NCBI GenBank assembly: GCA_012295275.1
Contig: CM022676.1
Location: 17,732,001 to 17,796,000 of the forward strand
Length of the DNA: 64,000 nt
Origin: Chrysomallon squamiferum
Lineage: Eukaryota; Animalia; Mollusca
Direction: 5' to 3'
The position numbers were made by a program, and so were the translations under genes. The notes below the pieces were generated by a model. It saw nothing but the letters and a program-made list of their open reading frames with translations, did not search any database and had not been told where the DNA came from. Positions within the stretch are counted from its first letter, which is position 1. Every line of letters begins with the position of its first letter. Positions 13,901 through 28,550 of the stretch are shown piece after piece.

Positions 13901-14197
13901 ATTCGAGCCAGACGGCCTGTAAGAAGAGTGATTTTGACTCAACAACGTCGTCGACTACGACGTCAGTGGTGTCAAGTGCATAGGCATCAATTACGAAGCA
14001 GAACTGTCTGATTTGGTGACGAGGCTCGGTTTCTGCTTCGTTCAGCTGATGGAAGATGTCGAATTTACAGTCGTCGTGGTGAACGTTTTGTTGTAAACTG
14101 CATACAGGAAGCTGACTGATTTGGCAGTGGTACTGTGATGGTGTTGGCAGCAATCTCATACATTGGCAGGATCAACCTGCTTCACATCCAAGGCACA
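13901..14197 (+). mobile_element. Tc1-like transposase fragment
   Basis: IRARRPVRRVILTQQRRRLRRQWCQ...V*FGDEARFLLRSADGRCRIYSRRGERF...D*FGSGTVMVLAAISYIGR matches the Tc1 motifs RARRP, FSDESRF and GGGSVMVWG; two stop codons. Confidence 0.9.
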
Positions 14198-15298
14198 CCA
14201 CTGGATTAGACCGTCGAATCTCAGTCAGAAGGGAAAAATGTATATACGAACAGTTTGTGACTACTACAGCAACTGTTATCAGTACTTTAATTAATCATTG
14301 TTTATGAAGGAAGCTGGTCTGTAAATAATCCTAAATCAGACTGCCGCTCTTTTTATTTTTGAGTGTGTGACAAGTATGGGTCTAGAGCTTTTTGTAGCTG
14401 CAGCTAAAAAGAAAGTAAGAAAAACCTGAAATTTTTAGGTTGCGGCGGGATAAAATATTTTTGGTTGCAATTTAACACACACACTGTAATTGAAACTGTT
14501 GTTAAACAGAAACATAAATAATTTTGGGCAAAAAAACCCAACAGTTTGACCCATTTATAACGTGCAAATATTTGTTGTTCATATCAAAACCACATATCGA
14601 AGGAATGTTTATAGTGATATGCAGTTAGAGACACAATCCTACTGCTATGTGGGTATATTAGGATAGGTTTTGTGATTTACAGGGTTTGTGATTTCCTGCT
14701 ACACTAGTTTGTACACAAATCCCGGTTAGTCCAAGGTTCTTTTTCGCCGAGTGCACGGTGTGTGTGTCTGCGTGTTTCTGTATGTGTGTGTGTTTCTGTG
14801 ATGAAGTAATTTAAAATTAACTAATGATTAGTGTTAGTGAAACGTATAGCAAGCTAATATATATGTGTGTATTGTATGTTTTTTTGTGTGTGTGTACACA
14901 CACACACACACACACACATACACGTACATATACTATTACTCAATCTGAGCAGAAAAGAAACAAACAAATAAATAAATAAATAACAAAAAGTAAACAATAA
15001 CACCTGACACATTTATTTCTATATCTTTGCAATTCACCTGATCACATTTTAAACACAAATTAAATACAAAAATAACAGAAGTGAAAATTCGTAATACAAA
15101 ATACAAATTTATTTATCTTTTTTCGTTTATTTCTATCTCATACATAAATATATAAACAAACAGTTGCTACTCTTAGTAAAAGAAAATGGATCAATCAGTC
15201 AAATAACAGTTCTTATTTTCACGTCTAACAACGAGGAAATAAATATATAATGTATCCACATATTATGTTTAATATAAAAAGTAAATGAATAAAAAAAA

Positions 15299-15329
<31 letters not shown>

Positions 15330-15384
15330 AAATACGATCCCAGTGATGACTAAAAGTGACAGCGTTTGAACGATGTTGTTTTTT

Positions 15385-16870
15385 TTACACTAAAAATAAC
15401 AAAGCAGGTATTTGTCCGTATTTCACATCTGTACGACTAAGCTGTCTGTCACTGTGTTGAGATTTCTGTGACTCAGAAAATCTACAAACAAAAGAGTCTA
15501 CAACAATTTTTGATTTACCTTCAACTCCACCCCATGTGTAATTTTCTCCTCCCTTAACATTAACAAACAAGCTGTACTCAGTGTCTTTAGTAATCTTCAC
15601 TGGACGTCTGAACACGACGTCATACACGTCAGACACGTGTTCATATCTCTGTGTCAGTGTAGACCCGTCCAGTATTTCATCTGTTCTTGTGTCTGTGATG
15701 AAGGCGCTGACGTCGTAGTTTCGTGGATCATCGTCACCGTACATCTGAAATCCGCGAAGTAAAGCGTTTTTGTTGACAGAGAAAGTAATGGCGTCATCGT
15801 GTTCAGCAGAACATGTCCAGTCTGAAATTACATCAAACATATAAAATCTGTTTATTGTAATCTGTGTTTTACGAATCACTGCAGTTCTCATGTTTGAGTT
15901 AAAAGGTAAAACATCTTCATCTGAACAAAGGAAATATTTTGTAATTTTGAGTTCTTCTGTCTCAGTGAGTATGTGAGTGGGTGTCACGTGTTCTGCAAAA
16001 TACGTCTGATCGAGTAATGGATAACGCACGTGCTTCACGACCTCTCCCAGTGCTTCGCGCATGTTTTTTTCACTCGTCTCTCTTCCTTGCTTCCTGCACG
16101 CGCTGTCAGCCCACTTCACAGCGGCTTCAAAAACGTTTTTCTCGTCTGCTGTCAGTTCGTCTGATCGTACGATCTGAACCAGACATTCGTTACAAAGATC
16201 GGTGACTTCATCCGACTTGAAAACTTCGTCGCCATTTTTCAAAATGTAATTCAGACTTCTTTTCCTTAGATCATGTTCGTCAAACACGTGAGCTTGTTCC
16301 AGCACGACGCACGCATTCTGTGACGACAACGACGACTCCAAATAGTTTACGCATTTATCTTGAAGTGTTGTGATGAAGTACTTCTTCGATAGATACAGCA
16401 GACCGGTGACGTTGTCGCCTGTTAGGACGACGTCATCGGTATAAAGATATCTGTGTAAAAGAAGTAGAATAAGACTTTAAAATTTGAGATATCTATGTCG
16501 GAATAATTAATTAGAAAATAATTACATTACTAACAAAAACTGTATTGTTCTTAGCGTATCTGTTATTAACTGTGTTCGTACGTGTGTTTCTGTGTGTGTG
16601 TGTTTTAACATACTTTAAAAATTCTGAGAAAATATGTTCCTCCACATCCGGTACTGTGATGTTTCTTTCTTCGCGAAGTTCTCCTGTCATCATCTGATGA
16701 AAAACTTCGCTTCGAATAATGAGTATGAATCGGTGAGCATCCACAGCCTTTTTTTGTTCACCAACAAGAAATCTGACGTCCGTGTCAGTTCTTGTAAGAA
16801 AAACATGTTCAATGCATTGCATCAGATTCTTTCCTGTCTGCCAACTTGAGACTGAAGTTGCGGTGGCCAT
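15385..16870 (-). CDS. BTB-BACK-PHR protein (BTBD1/2/3/6-like, putative Cullin-3 substrate adaptor), 440 aa, two coding exons
   Basis: Exon 16870-16614 (MATATSVSSWQTGKNL...DVRFLVG...AHRFIL...SEVF...FSEFLK), GT-AG intron 16613-16451, exon 16450-15385 (YLYTDDV...BACK...DAITFSVNK...GQIPALLFLV*). Total 1323 nt in one open frame. Confidence 0.93.
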
Positions 16871-16902
16871 GATTTCACTACAAACAGTGGATAATAATAA
16901 TG

Positions 16903-16966
<64 letters not shown>

Positions 16967-16993
16967 TAACAACAATAATAATCATAAGAATAA

Positions 16994-17078
<85 letters not shown>

Positions 17079-18110
17079 AACCTCATTCTAAATATAATTA
17101 AAAAAATATTTCCGTGTACAAATGAACTGTACACGGACATATTCCAAAATCGAAACAAACATTTTTTTTTTTTTAATAAAAAAATAATCAAACCAAGACA
17201 AATAAGTAAATAAATAAATAAATAAAAGATAAGGAAAGAAAGAACAATGTCACACAGATAAAGGATAAAAAAGAAATACCGTGTCGTTATGGTAATGATT
17301 ACTATGATGAAAACGAACAAAGAAAGAATTATTATTATTATCATTTTGATTATAAACAAAGGTCTGTGCTCAGTCAGGTAAGAAATATTTGACTGTGGGA
17401 AAAACGATTTTCATATCGCAATGTACTTCTGCTCATTTATAACAATTTACTTCTCGAAAAGTCAGAAAAATTATCCGTCAGTGACAGATCTAAAAAGAAA
17501 CATGTAAGAAACAGGAAAGAAGCAAAATAATAAGCAAGAAAAAAAAGCGATAGTTTAAAATAGTAAACAATTGAAAATACCTTCTAATTTGAATTTCCTG
17601 ATGGACAATTTATTTAAGCACCTATTTTCTGTCAATCGACTCAACTGTATATCACCGCTGTCACCGATCTAAGAAGAAATGAATAAAAATAAAAATAAAA
17701 TAAAACAAAATGAAATAAAGTAAACAATAAATAGCAAAAGATGTCCACAAAATAATAACGGCTCTAATAGGGTAGTAACGGTAGTTGTAGTAGTACTAGT
17801 ATTAAAAATACTACTACTACTATTACAAACAGTAAGAATAGCATACTAAAGTCAGGATAATCGTAAACTTTTTTCATTTCAGTTCAAAAAATCTCACACT
17901 TAAATAATATATTTGTTATAGAACAAACTCTAATATATTTACCAATAAATTAAGAATACTGGAATAATTAACATAATAATAAAATAAAAAGTATCATAGA
18001 CTTTCAGTATGGCCGACTTGTTTTGTTTCTTCTTTGTGTACTTTTGGTTCTCAAAATCCTCCACTGATAAACACGCGAGTGACGTCAAATATTTTACAGG
18101 TCATCAAGTG

Positions 18111-18319
18111 CAGTGGCGTGCAGAGGTGGGGGCCGAAGGGACTCTGGCACCTGGCATCCAATATGAGCGATTTATATTCAAATCGAATAAAGTGTTTATT
18201 TTATGTTTCATCTTTTTTTACACATTCAAACTATCTTCCTTTCTTATACTATTCCTCAGTGCTAGGCCTTGTGCTTGAGCCTTTGGCCCCGGGCTTCACC
18301 AGACCTCCACACGACACTG
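18111..18319. mobile_element. hAT-type MITE, 209 bp
   Basis: Imperfect 17-bp terminal inverted repeats (CAGTGGCGTGCAGAGGT / ACCTCCACACGACACTG). 8-bp target-site duplication ATCAAGTG at 18103-18110 and 18320-18327. Confidence 0.9.
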
Positions 18320-18476
18320 ATCAAGTGTGACGTTGTTAGTTTAAAATAAAGAAATCGTGCTACGAGATATATGTATACTCACCTTACATAAATCTTCTTT
18401 AAAATAGATTAAAACAATTGAATAGATTAAGTACTACTAGACTGCATTGTTTATACGTAAGTTATAAAATGTGTAA

Positions 18477-18511
<35 letters not shown>

Positions 18512-19484
18512 GAAGAACAACAACAGTAGCAAAAATATCAACGACATCAACAAAAACAACAACAACAATAATAATAATAATAAATAAATAAATAAATAAA
18601 TAAATAAATTTTACAGTGCACTAAATAGAAGTGTACATATTTTATTTCTCTCACGACGCTTGCATCACCAGTTTATCAAGATGAACTAACACGTGATTTT
18701 TGTTTGTTATGTTGGTCAGGTAAAAGTAGCGTGTCACAGGTGTATGAGACACACAAAGGTATATTCGGTTGTTATTTACAACGATCTGACAAATTCATTG
18801 TTAACAAACTCTCAGCACATAAGTGTAGAAATAAGCCGAGAAAATATGAAATTATTTACATTTGTCATCATTTCAATAAAGACGATATAGACAACCCAAT
18901 TATTTCCAATAAACAGAACAAACTAACAAACTCGTAAATAGAAAATAATACAATTATATTAGATAATTTTATCACATCTTCTATTGTCACTTTCCATATG
19001 TTCAAAAAGCCTAACGCTGTAATATTGTTTATTATAGGTATATCAATAGCAGCGATAAAACAAATGCAATAACATATACACTGATTGGAACGGGTGATAT
19101 TCCAAAAGGAACGTTAGATCAGAAGGAAGGAACTAACGAAGAAAGAAAAACAGATTGAACTGAACAGATGCTAAGAACCAAAAAATAAATAAATAAATAA
19201 ATAAATAAGAAGAAGACATACAATAAATAGCAATAAAAAGAATAAATTAAGAAAACGCAATATAAACAGTTTTTTAGTTTCAAATTAGTTACTTACCTGA
19301 AAAATGATCTGATCGATAATTTCTTAGAAACAAGTAATTTCTGTTTACCTCTTCTACTGTTCACAGAGATCAGGTATCTATAAACAAACAAATAAATAAA
19401 TAAAGAAATAAATAAATACAATGAAATAAAGTAAAACGAAGTAATCAGATATCGCATAAATTGTATACGATACATTGAACTCTA

Positions 19485-19812
19485 CAGATACCGGACCAAT
19501 TATACGGCGTCCTGAAATCGTGAAGGACCAGAAAACTGTAACTTTTTCCCGACGTTATTTTCATAGGTCGCGAGTGTAGGTTTTGTCCTCACCAGACGGA
19601 AACTACTCATTCACTCGCCGCATTGTTTACATGTCGAGTCGCCACAGCTGTGTATCGTCATTTTTATTTTATTTTTTTACATTTTTTTTACTTTTAAAAT
19701 GTTTATGCCTAATTATTTACGGATTTAGATACCTTGGTACCTGAAAACTGGAAACTTCAGAAATCCGGAAACCTAAGGCGCCAAGGAGTCCGGGTAATTG
19801 GTCCAGTACCTG
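19485..19812. mobile_element. Tc1/mariner-type MITE, 328 bp
   Basis: Terminal inverted repeats CAGATACCGGACCAATTA / TAATTGGTCCAGTACCTG, flanked by TA on both sides. Confidence 0.85.
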
Positions 19813-20162
19813 TATTTAGGTAATAGTATTAAAACTAGTGGTGCTGCAACTGCTACTAATACTATTAATAGAATAATAATTCTTATTATAATGAGGATAC
19901 CATTATTATTTTTATTTTTTAGAATTGTTTTTATTTTTTCTTTAATTTATAATTGCTATTGTAGGTGTTATTGTTATTAAGTATTTTTCGATATTTCTCA
20001 TAAACCAGTGTGTTAGGTATAAGAAGAAAAAATCGTTTAACAAAATCACGCATAAAATGTATAGGCTTGACAAAATAGATTAAAAGTTCAATATGTCTGA
20101 TCTGATTTAAGCAAAGTAATAATAGTACGGCATATGTTAAATTACAATAAAATACACAATAC

Positions 20163-20345
20163 CTTCAAATTTCAAAATGGCAGTCTCCCTAAGAAAGTAC
20201 GTCCTTGCTTGGTGAGTGTTTTCCTGGAACTGACAACGTCCTGTTTGACAGGTAACTGAAATATCTTCTGTGTATCGCTGTTTACAAAGTCGTCTGCTCA
20301 TAAACACGTGACTGAAATCGATGTCATACAGGTCACGCCACCTTT
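20163..20345 (-). promoter_or_regulatory. Putative promoter/first exon of the intact BTB gene (E-box GTCACGTG, YY1-like GCCATTTT)
   Basis: Motifs at 20305-20312 and 20174-20181 are conserved in order in the paralog at 60938-61065. Confidence 0.6.
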
Positions 20346-20651
20346 AGCGGTAAGAACATGCACATATTTTGTTACATGCAATACGTGCCGTATAATGTAT
20401 CGTATCTTTCTATATATTTGTCATTACTTATTTTTGTCTGTGAAATATTTATCTTTATTTCTCAAAGTATATTGATGAAAAACGTATCGCTAACGAGTTT
20501 CTGTTATGTAGGTCAGATAGAAATAGCGTGCTAATAGTACTGGTAACAAGAAACGTCATACCTAGAATCGTGAAAAATTAAATGTAATTGTGAATCAGAA
20601 AATATGGGACAATCTTTTATTTGTACATGTTATGAGAAAAAGCGAACTGTA

Positions 20652-20737
<86 letters not shown>

Positions 20738-22189
20738 AAAAGTAAATAAATATGTAAGTAAATAAATAAAATAAAAACCTACTCATCATTTATAGTAATA
20801 CGTTTTATTTTTACTTACTTAATTTATTTATTTGTATTTTGTCTTTGTTTCTTTGTTTATTATTTTTTTTATTTCACCACATAATATGCAGTATAATATA
20901 TAATACTACTAATTCATATTAATCTAAAAAAGTAAAAGTAAATTAATGAGTTAAAATAGATAATTTTCCACCAAATGAGTAATAACGGTAATAATGATAA
21001 TAACAGTAACAATAAATCTGTTTTAGACATTCCTACTAAGAAAATGAAACATCTCAACAACAAATATTAAGAACTAAATTCTTGGATAAAATTGAAAGTG
21101 TTTAGAAAGTTCCACACCAAAATATCATATTAAAAACATTACTTGTGTGAATCATAGACAGTTCTTATTGAAGAATCTATAACATTGTGATACTTAATTT
21201 AAATTCAAAGTCACCGTGTTCTTTAAGACAGATATAATCAGATGTAGACATTACACAGAATGTTTGTACCAGACACAGCACCAAGTAAAGTCAAGTCTGT
21301 GAAAAAAGAAAATATTCTTAAAAAAATGGCTAAATCTAGAAATCTTTAACTGCTGCAAATCTTATGGTTCAAGGGAGATAATGTTATTTATTTATTTATT
21401 TCATTTATTTATTTTTATTTTAAAGAATAATCAACTTAATTACGTAATCCAAATATAAAATAACAAAGAATATGAAGATTTCTGTTAAAGATTAAAATGA
21501 AAAGAACAAAGTATGTCAATAAAACATAAAGTGAAAGATCATATGTTGTCTGTAAGCTTTATTATTAAGACATTTTCTTAATGAATAATTTCCAGATCAC
21601 ATTATCTGTTAAGTTGTTTCTTAATATTTAAATTGTTTTGTAACCAAATGTCTTCATATTGTTATTTTATTATGTTAATATACTTTTATTAACAAAACAG
21701 AAATCTTGGTATGTTTTTGCTCTATAGTACTCTCAGCTCTTCAAAGGCTTATGAAACATTTTATACCATGTTGTTTTTTTTTTCAAATTTCTATTTTAGG
21801 ATTATTGTGTTTTCTGTTGTTTACTACACATTTTTAGCTAGCATTTTCATCAGCTTGGGAGACAATTTCATCAGAGTGAGGAATACTTTTATCTACATAG
21901 TTTTGAAATAACAGTAGAAGTAATACATGCAAATGTGGAGATAATCATACAAATAATAGTTACACCGACAGACAGATATAAGGATGTTTTAATATTATGA
22001 CTGAGTTAAGGAAACAAGTCTGGACTGATTTCAGTATTCTATACCTGGTTTATGTTTAACAAAGATTTTTTTTGTATGGATTTCTCTTCAAATGAACATA
22101 TATACTAATATTAATTTGCTATTTTGAAAACAAATGTATATCATTAAGATTCTTTTATAATATATAAATCAGTTAACCTCTGTCAGTTT

Positions 22190-22400
22190 ATTCATATCTA
22201 TCTCTGTTTATTCATATCTGTCTGTCTATCTGTATGTTTGTCTGTCTGTCTGTTTATGCATATCTGTATATCTATCTGTTTATTCATATATGTCTGTCTG
22301 TCTGTTTATTCATATATGTATGTATGTCTGTTTATTCATATCAGTCTGTCTGTCTGTCTGTCTGTTTATTCATATCAGTCTGTCTGTCTGTCTGTCTGAC
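22190..22400. repeat. Degenerate TCTGTTTATTCATATC/TCTG minisatellite
   Basis: Repeating units directly visible. Confidence 0.8.
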
Positions 22401-22806
22401 TCTATGCTACAGTCAATCCGTGGAACCAGTCTTTACACATATTACACAAAATAACTAAAGTGATTTAAGTCGTATTGCTGACAGTTCTTATACAGGGGTT
22501 TTTTGGTGTTTTTTTTTTTTTTTTTTTTTGTGTTCCTATGATGGGTAATTATATTAAAAAATGTATGATAGATGGTTATAAATATTTATTTCTCTACAAA
22601 TGTACACATACATATTAATATTAATTTGTCATTTTAAAAATATATATATGTTTTTATTAATTTTCATTTTTAATGATAAAGTGGATGGGAAGAATGAATA
22701 ACAAATTCTGTGTTTAGCTGTTATTACAGACATTTCACCAAATGTCAGTCTTGTCTGAGAATCAAGTCAGGGCAGCAGATCGTATTTTTTACAAAATGAC
22801 AATGAA

Positions 22807-23023
<217 letters not shown>

Positions 23024-24046
23024 GAAAATCGTTCATTAGAGAGACAGAGACATCTAAGACATTATCTTTCCAAATAATTTTCTCGCAGTTAAATTAAACA
23101 CTAATAAAAAGGCAGGATAAGGACTGGTTAAGGAAAGCTTGCAAATAAAGTTATTATAGTTCTTAATTTCAGTACTCATTTTATTATATAGCCAAAGGGA
23201 ACTTCTTAATTTTAATTCAATAAATGTGTATGAAAACATATACTGTATACTATTTTTACAACTTCAGTTAGTGTTAGATTTAAAATTTAAAAAATCATAA
23301 TTTCATATTTATTTATCTGTTTCTAGAAAAGGTATGATATCAGTTCACACTGAATTTATTCTTTCGATCCCATCTTTTTTTTTACTACTACTACTAACAC
23401 CTGTCATTATTACCAAACGTATAATACTACTTTTTCTAATAATAGATATGTTCATTGCTTGTGTTATTTTAATTTTATTATATTTACATATTTAGTTATT
23501 TTCTTTGCTGACTACCCTCTTTTGGCCTGTACCTGAATTAATTTTGTGAAACTCGTATGACTGCGCGTATTCAAAACCCGACTGAACATGATGAAGCGTT
23601 TCGCCTCGCTAAACAGATATAATGTAAACTGATAACGTATACATAGGGGTTCAGCACTGGCGTGTCACTGTACATACAAGACGAAATTCCAACCTCTTTC
23701 TATATCTGATAGTTGTATTATATTGTCTTATCTTAACCAGATCCAGAATCATCCAGTTCCACGTTCAGTTTCAGATAGGATTCATTTTTCCACTGTGTGT
23801 GTTTGTCTTAAAACAGGTTCATTTTCAAATGAGCATGTTATTCGTGGTAAATGATATCTAACAAAGACCCGATTCAAGATAGTTTATTATTCACATTTTG
23901 AAAATAAATAAGTAAATAAATAAATAAATAAATAAATAAACGAAATGATGATGGTTATGATGATGATAATAATTAAAATAATAGTAATAAATAAATTAAT
24001 AGCAGTAATAGTATCTCTGACAGAAAATAATAGTTTTACGCATTAA

Positions 24047-24149
<103 letters not shown>

Positions 24150-24936
24150 TTGTGTGTGCGTGTGTGTGTGTGTGATATATATGTTAAAAAAGTTTCTTTC
24201 TTGCTTTCTTTCTTTTCTTAGATGAAAAGGGTCTGTAGATTTTATTATTTGTAGGTTACTGTTTGCATGGACTAAGCGAACAGTATATATTTTATTTTTA
24301 TATTCTAATTTGTTAGACAGCGAGACAAATTACATTCAGAAATATCAGTATTTCTAGATACTGTTAGATCTGGAAAGAGATTTGATTAATTTCATATCAT
24401 AATATGTTTGATCGGGAAATTCGTTTAATACTGACATAAAGTATGAAGAAACATGATAGTTTAGGTGTACGTTTGTGTTCTTTTCCTTTATTTGTAATGT
24501 TCTTTATTTCTGTATTTAACAAGACGAGGACATCTTGATCATGCTTGTGTGTGGAGTGTTGTCTTTATAGTACTCCTGAATAAATCTGTCATATTAAAAC
24601 ACTTTTTTATTTTTCATACATCAAACAATGTAGTATGGTTCGCTTCACTAAACAAATAAAATATTATTTGAAAAAAGAAATTAGTATGGAGACGTGAAGA
24701 GCTAGAAAAACAAAAGAAATAAAAGAAAGATAGACAGAGCAGAAGAAGCGATTCCTTTGTTCGTCAGTGAAACAAAATCTTATCTTTATTTTCTTAGAGT
24801 GGCCATATTCAAGATTTCTTTGTTTCATTTGTTTTTCTCCACCCACCCATAGACGCTATTAACTGAATAAACGTGGGTGATTTCACTTTGTAAGTTGGAG
24901 CTTTTCTTTTCTGGGAATATGTGTGTATGAGTGTGT

Positions 24937-24992
<56 letters not shown>

Positions 24993-25476
24993 GCGTCTAT
25001 ATATTTTCACTAGGAAGCTAGAGTTCGAAATGACAAATATATATATACATAAGATAAAACAAAACGAAACATAATACCTTTTTGAAAAAACAACAACAAC
25101 TGAAAGTAAAGGCAACATCGGCTAAAACATTAAATACTCCTAACATAATATTCAGTTCACTTCTCTGTAAATTTATTGACAAAGGTTTAGATAAACAGAG
25201 TGCGAATCATAATTAAAATACTTGTGTGTGTCATAATAATTAATATCAAGAAATCAGTTTAGTTACACTCATAGAAAAAAATGGCATTGTAACACAGTTA
25301 CACACACATACGCACACACTGTATATATTTTGCTTAGTCAATTAATAAAATATGAACTAAAATATTTTGAATTAATTAGTTTAAAAACAATGTTTGTATG
25401 TGTGTATATGTGTGTTAATAATAAGAAACAAAGATATCTAATATATAGAGGGAAAAGGTATGAATTATTAATAATA

Positions 25477-25522
<46 letters not shown>

Positions 25523-26560
25523 GTTATCTTTCTTTTCTGTTTTTCACTGCTATTGATTACTTATATATAAAAGGGTTGATAATCGTCTACATGTAACTAT
25601 ACAATTTGGAACAAGATCTATTTTGGTGTAGAAGTGTATTATCTTTCTCTTTCGTCCGAAAAACCTGTTCGCTGTCGATCTGGTGCATTTTACCTGGAAC
25701 AAACAACTATTATACTACTTTACCTATATCCTCACTGAATTAGTTTGATACTTGTCTGGTGGACTAACAGTCATTTACCAATTAAACATGGCTGACAAAT
25801 CAAAGAACAGATTCCAACCAGAATTTCATAGACAGGAACTATAAACATTAGCGCATGTTGTTAGTGATGTCAACATATGATTTTTATGTAGTGGCAGAAG
25901 GTGCCGAGCGTATCATGTTTAGTTAATAAGAGGCAGTGTTTTCTTATCTTTTTATTTTTATTTTTTTTTTTTAAATTTTTTGAACTTACAGAAAATTTCT
26001 ATAAGGTGTCTGAAGCCATTCTTATCACTGTTGTTGTTTTCGTGTCGTTGCTATTAATGCTCATACTGTTATTGTTATTATTTCTTTATTGTTGTTGTTA
26101 TTACTATTACTGTTATTGTTATTATTATTGTTGTTGTTGTTGTTGTTGTTATTACTGAATGACGCTTTGTACAAAATGTTCTGTTCACAGATATTAAGGA
26201 TGTTCTTTGACCCCCTCTCTCATTACTACGTAGAAACCTCAAAACATAAATAATTGATATCTCAAAAACGTGACTAGATACTAAATTGGATACCTCACAA
26301 GAGATATGTACTCACGTGTTTTAAATTCCGGTGTTACTAATCATATTTCGTCTTTTCTTCTCTATGCACGCTCGAGTTAGTTTCAGCAAGGGACTGATTC
26401 ACTCTAATAACAGAGGAGGGGAACAGGGCCGGTACTGAGTCTTCAGTGTTTTAAGATGAGGAACAAAATTGTATAGTTTTCTTTCGGTTTTGTTTCGTAG
26501 AGACACACACACATGCGTTTTAACGTAACAAGAACTGTAACAAGAACTGCAACAAGAACT

Positions 26561-26609
<49 letters not shown>

Positions 26610-27711
26610 TTACTTACTTATTTATGCTTGTATATATATACACACACACAAACATAAATAAATAAATAAATGATGTATACAAAAGTAAGATCAAGAGAAT
26701 TAGAAGGTTAAAACAAAGAAGACAAAAGAAAAACCCGAGATAGGAAAAACGTGACTACGTATTAAATTTAATACCTCAATGAAAATCTTAGACGCGAGTT
26801 TTAAATGCAGGTGTTACAGATCAGGTTTTGTCTTCTGTTTACTCTGCACGTTGAAGTCAGCTTAAACAAGGGACTGATTCACAATAATCTAAGGTGAGGG
26901 TGACAGGGCCGGTACTGAGATTTGTAGAAATTAATGGTGAGAAATAAAACTGACAAAGATAGATGGGCACACAGAAAACTAGACAGAGATCCAACAGCAA
27001 CACTGAACATTTCTTAGACGGGAAAATAATAATATAAAACAGTAATTAAAATAGCTTCACAAAACTGTTCTACTAGCATGGTACCGCTGAATGACGTCAC
27101 ATGATGTAACAGTTTTCTGTAATTTTAATATGACCGTTTACATAATTAATTACTTATTTTTATGTCTATACTGTTATTACTATTGCTACCAGTACTATAT
27201 AATTAACTTATTGAATAATGCTATTTATTTCAATAATATTACAAATGTTTTTTCTCTGTTTGTTGCTTTATTTATTTATTTATAGGGAACAAAATTGCTT
27301 TGTTGTGCAGCTTTTCGTTTTTGGCTCCAGATTCGTTGAGAGAGACAGAGAGACAGATTTCCTTCATGAACTAAGTTCCTGTTTTTTGCTACTTAGAAAA
27401 GTAGTTATTAATAATGAGTCACTGACTAACACTACTTACTTTGTTTTGTAAATGGCAAAATTTCTGTAAAGATTAGAATGTAGCTTACAGAGGCACTACA
27501 TTTCACACACATGTTAATAACAGCAAGAGAATTTTTATTTTTTACACTGTGTGGATAATAGTTATTTGATGACGTCAGACAGTGGTTGGGAACAGAGCTG
27601 AATTAACAACGTAGCAGTTGTAGTAAATGTTCGGGTTCAGGGGCCCGCGGATCACACATACACAGATACATAAACACACACTAGATAATTAACACATCAA
27701 CAAAAATGTAG

Positions 27712-27826
<115 letters not shown>

Positions 27827-27996
27827 TTTCCTGCATGAACTAATGAGTCAGTGACTAACAACACTTGTTTTGTTTTATACGTGACAAAACTTCTGTAATG
27901 ATTAGAATGTAGCTTACACGCGCACTACGCGTTATACACATATCAGAAACAACAAGAATGTCCTTATGTTTTAGACTGTGTGGATAAAGGAAACGC

Positions 27997-28086
<90 letters not shown>

Positions 28087-28492
28087 CATTAGTAGTAGTA
28101 GTAGTAGTAGCAGCATTACTATTATTGTTATTATTATTATTGAAACTATTTGATATTTCCAAAAGGGACATTGGCAAAGAGTTTGACTTTGTACTGTATC
28201 GTTTAGAAACATCACGATATGAACGACTGAACTGAAAGGCTATGAAAACCAGCGAAATGATAACTTGTATTACTCATATTGTCCTGTAGGTTGTTTTTAT
28301 AATCATGATTTTCAAACAGACTGGTTCGACAACACATTTATTCAAGATATCGATAAACGATGTAGATTAAGAGAAAACAAAATAAAATTAAGATAATGAA
28401 AGAAAAGTTGTAAATTGTTCCAAGGGCTCACTTTAGTTTTACATATGTAGTGTTAATGTGTGAAACACGATATGTAAACTCATTTTAGTGTA

Positions 28493-28541
<49 letters not shown>

Positions 28542-28550
28542 CTGTATATC

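Larger units (their letters stand above)
17581..20310 (-). other. Predicted non-coding 5'UTR exons of the intact BTB gene (~20300-20163, 19377-19297, possibly 17668-17581)
   Basis: An AG acceptor lies 7 nt upstream of the ATG. The candidate exons are AG/GT-bounded, and the first two are conserved with the paralog at 60.9-61.3 kb. Confidence 0.6.

Noticed and set aside
13893-14159. 88-aa minus-strand ORF
   Set aside because: It is the antisense shadow of the plus-strand Tc1 transposase fragment.
16871-16975. Poly-Leu 'signal peptide' at the start of ORF 16511-16975
   Set aside because: It is an intronic (TTA)n tract upstream of a splice acceptor; the likely start is the ATG at 16870.
23540-23695. 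Possible LINE endonuclease remnant (CETR...GVSLYIQD)
   Set aside because: Too short and degenerate to support without a search.
27997-28088. (AAT)n(ATT)n inverted repeat
   Set aside because: Simple-sequence palindrome with no unique arms.
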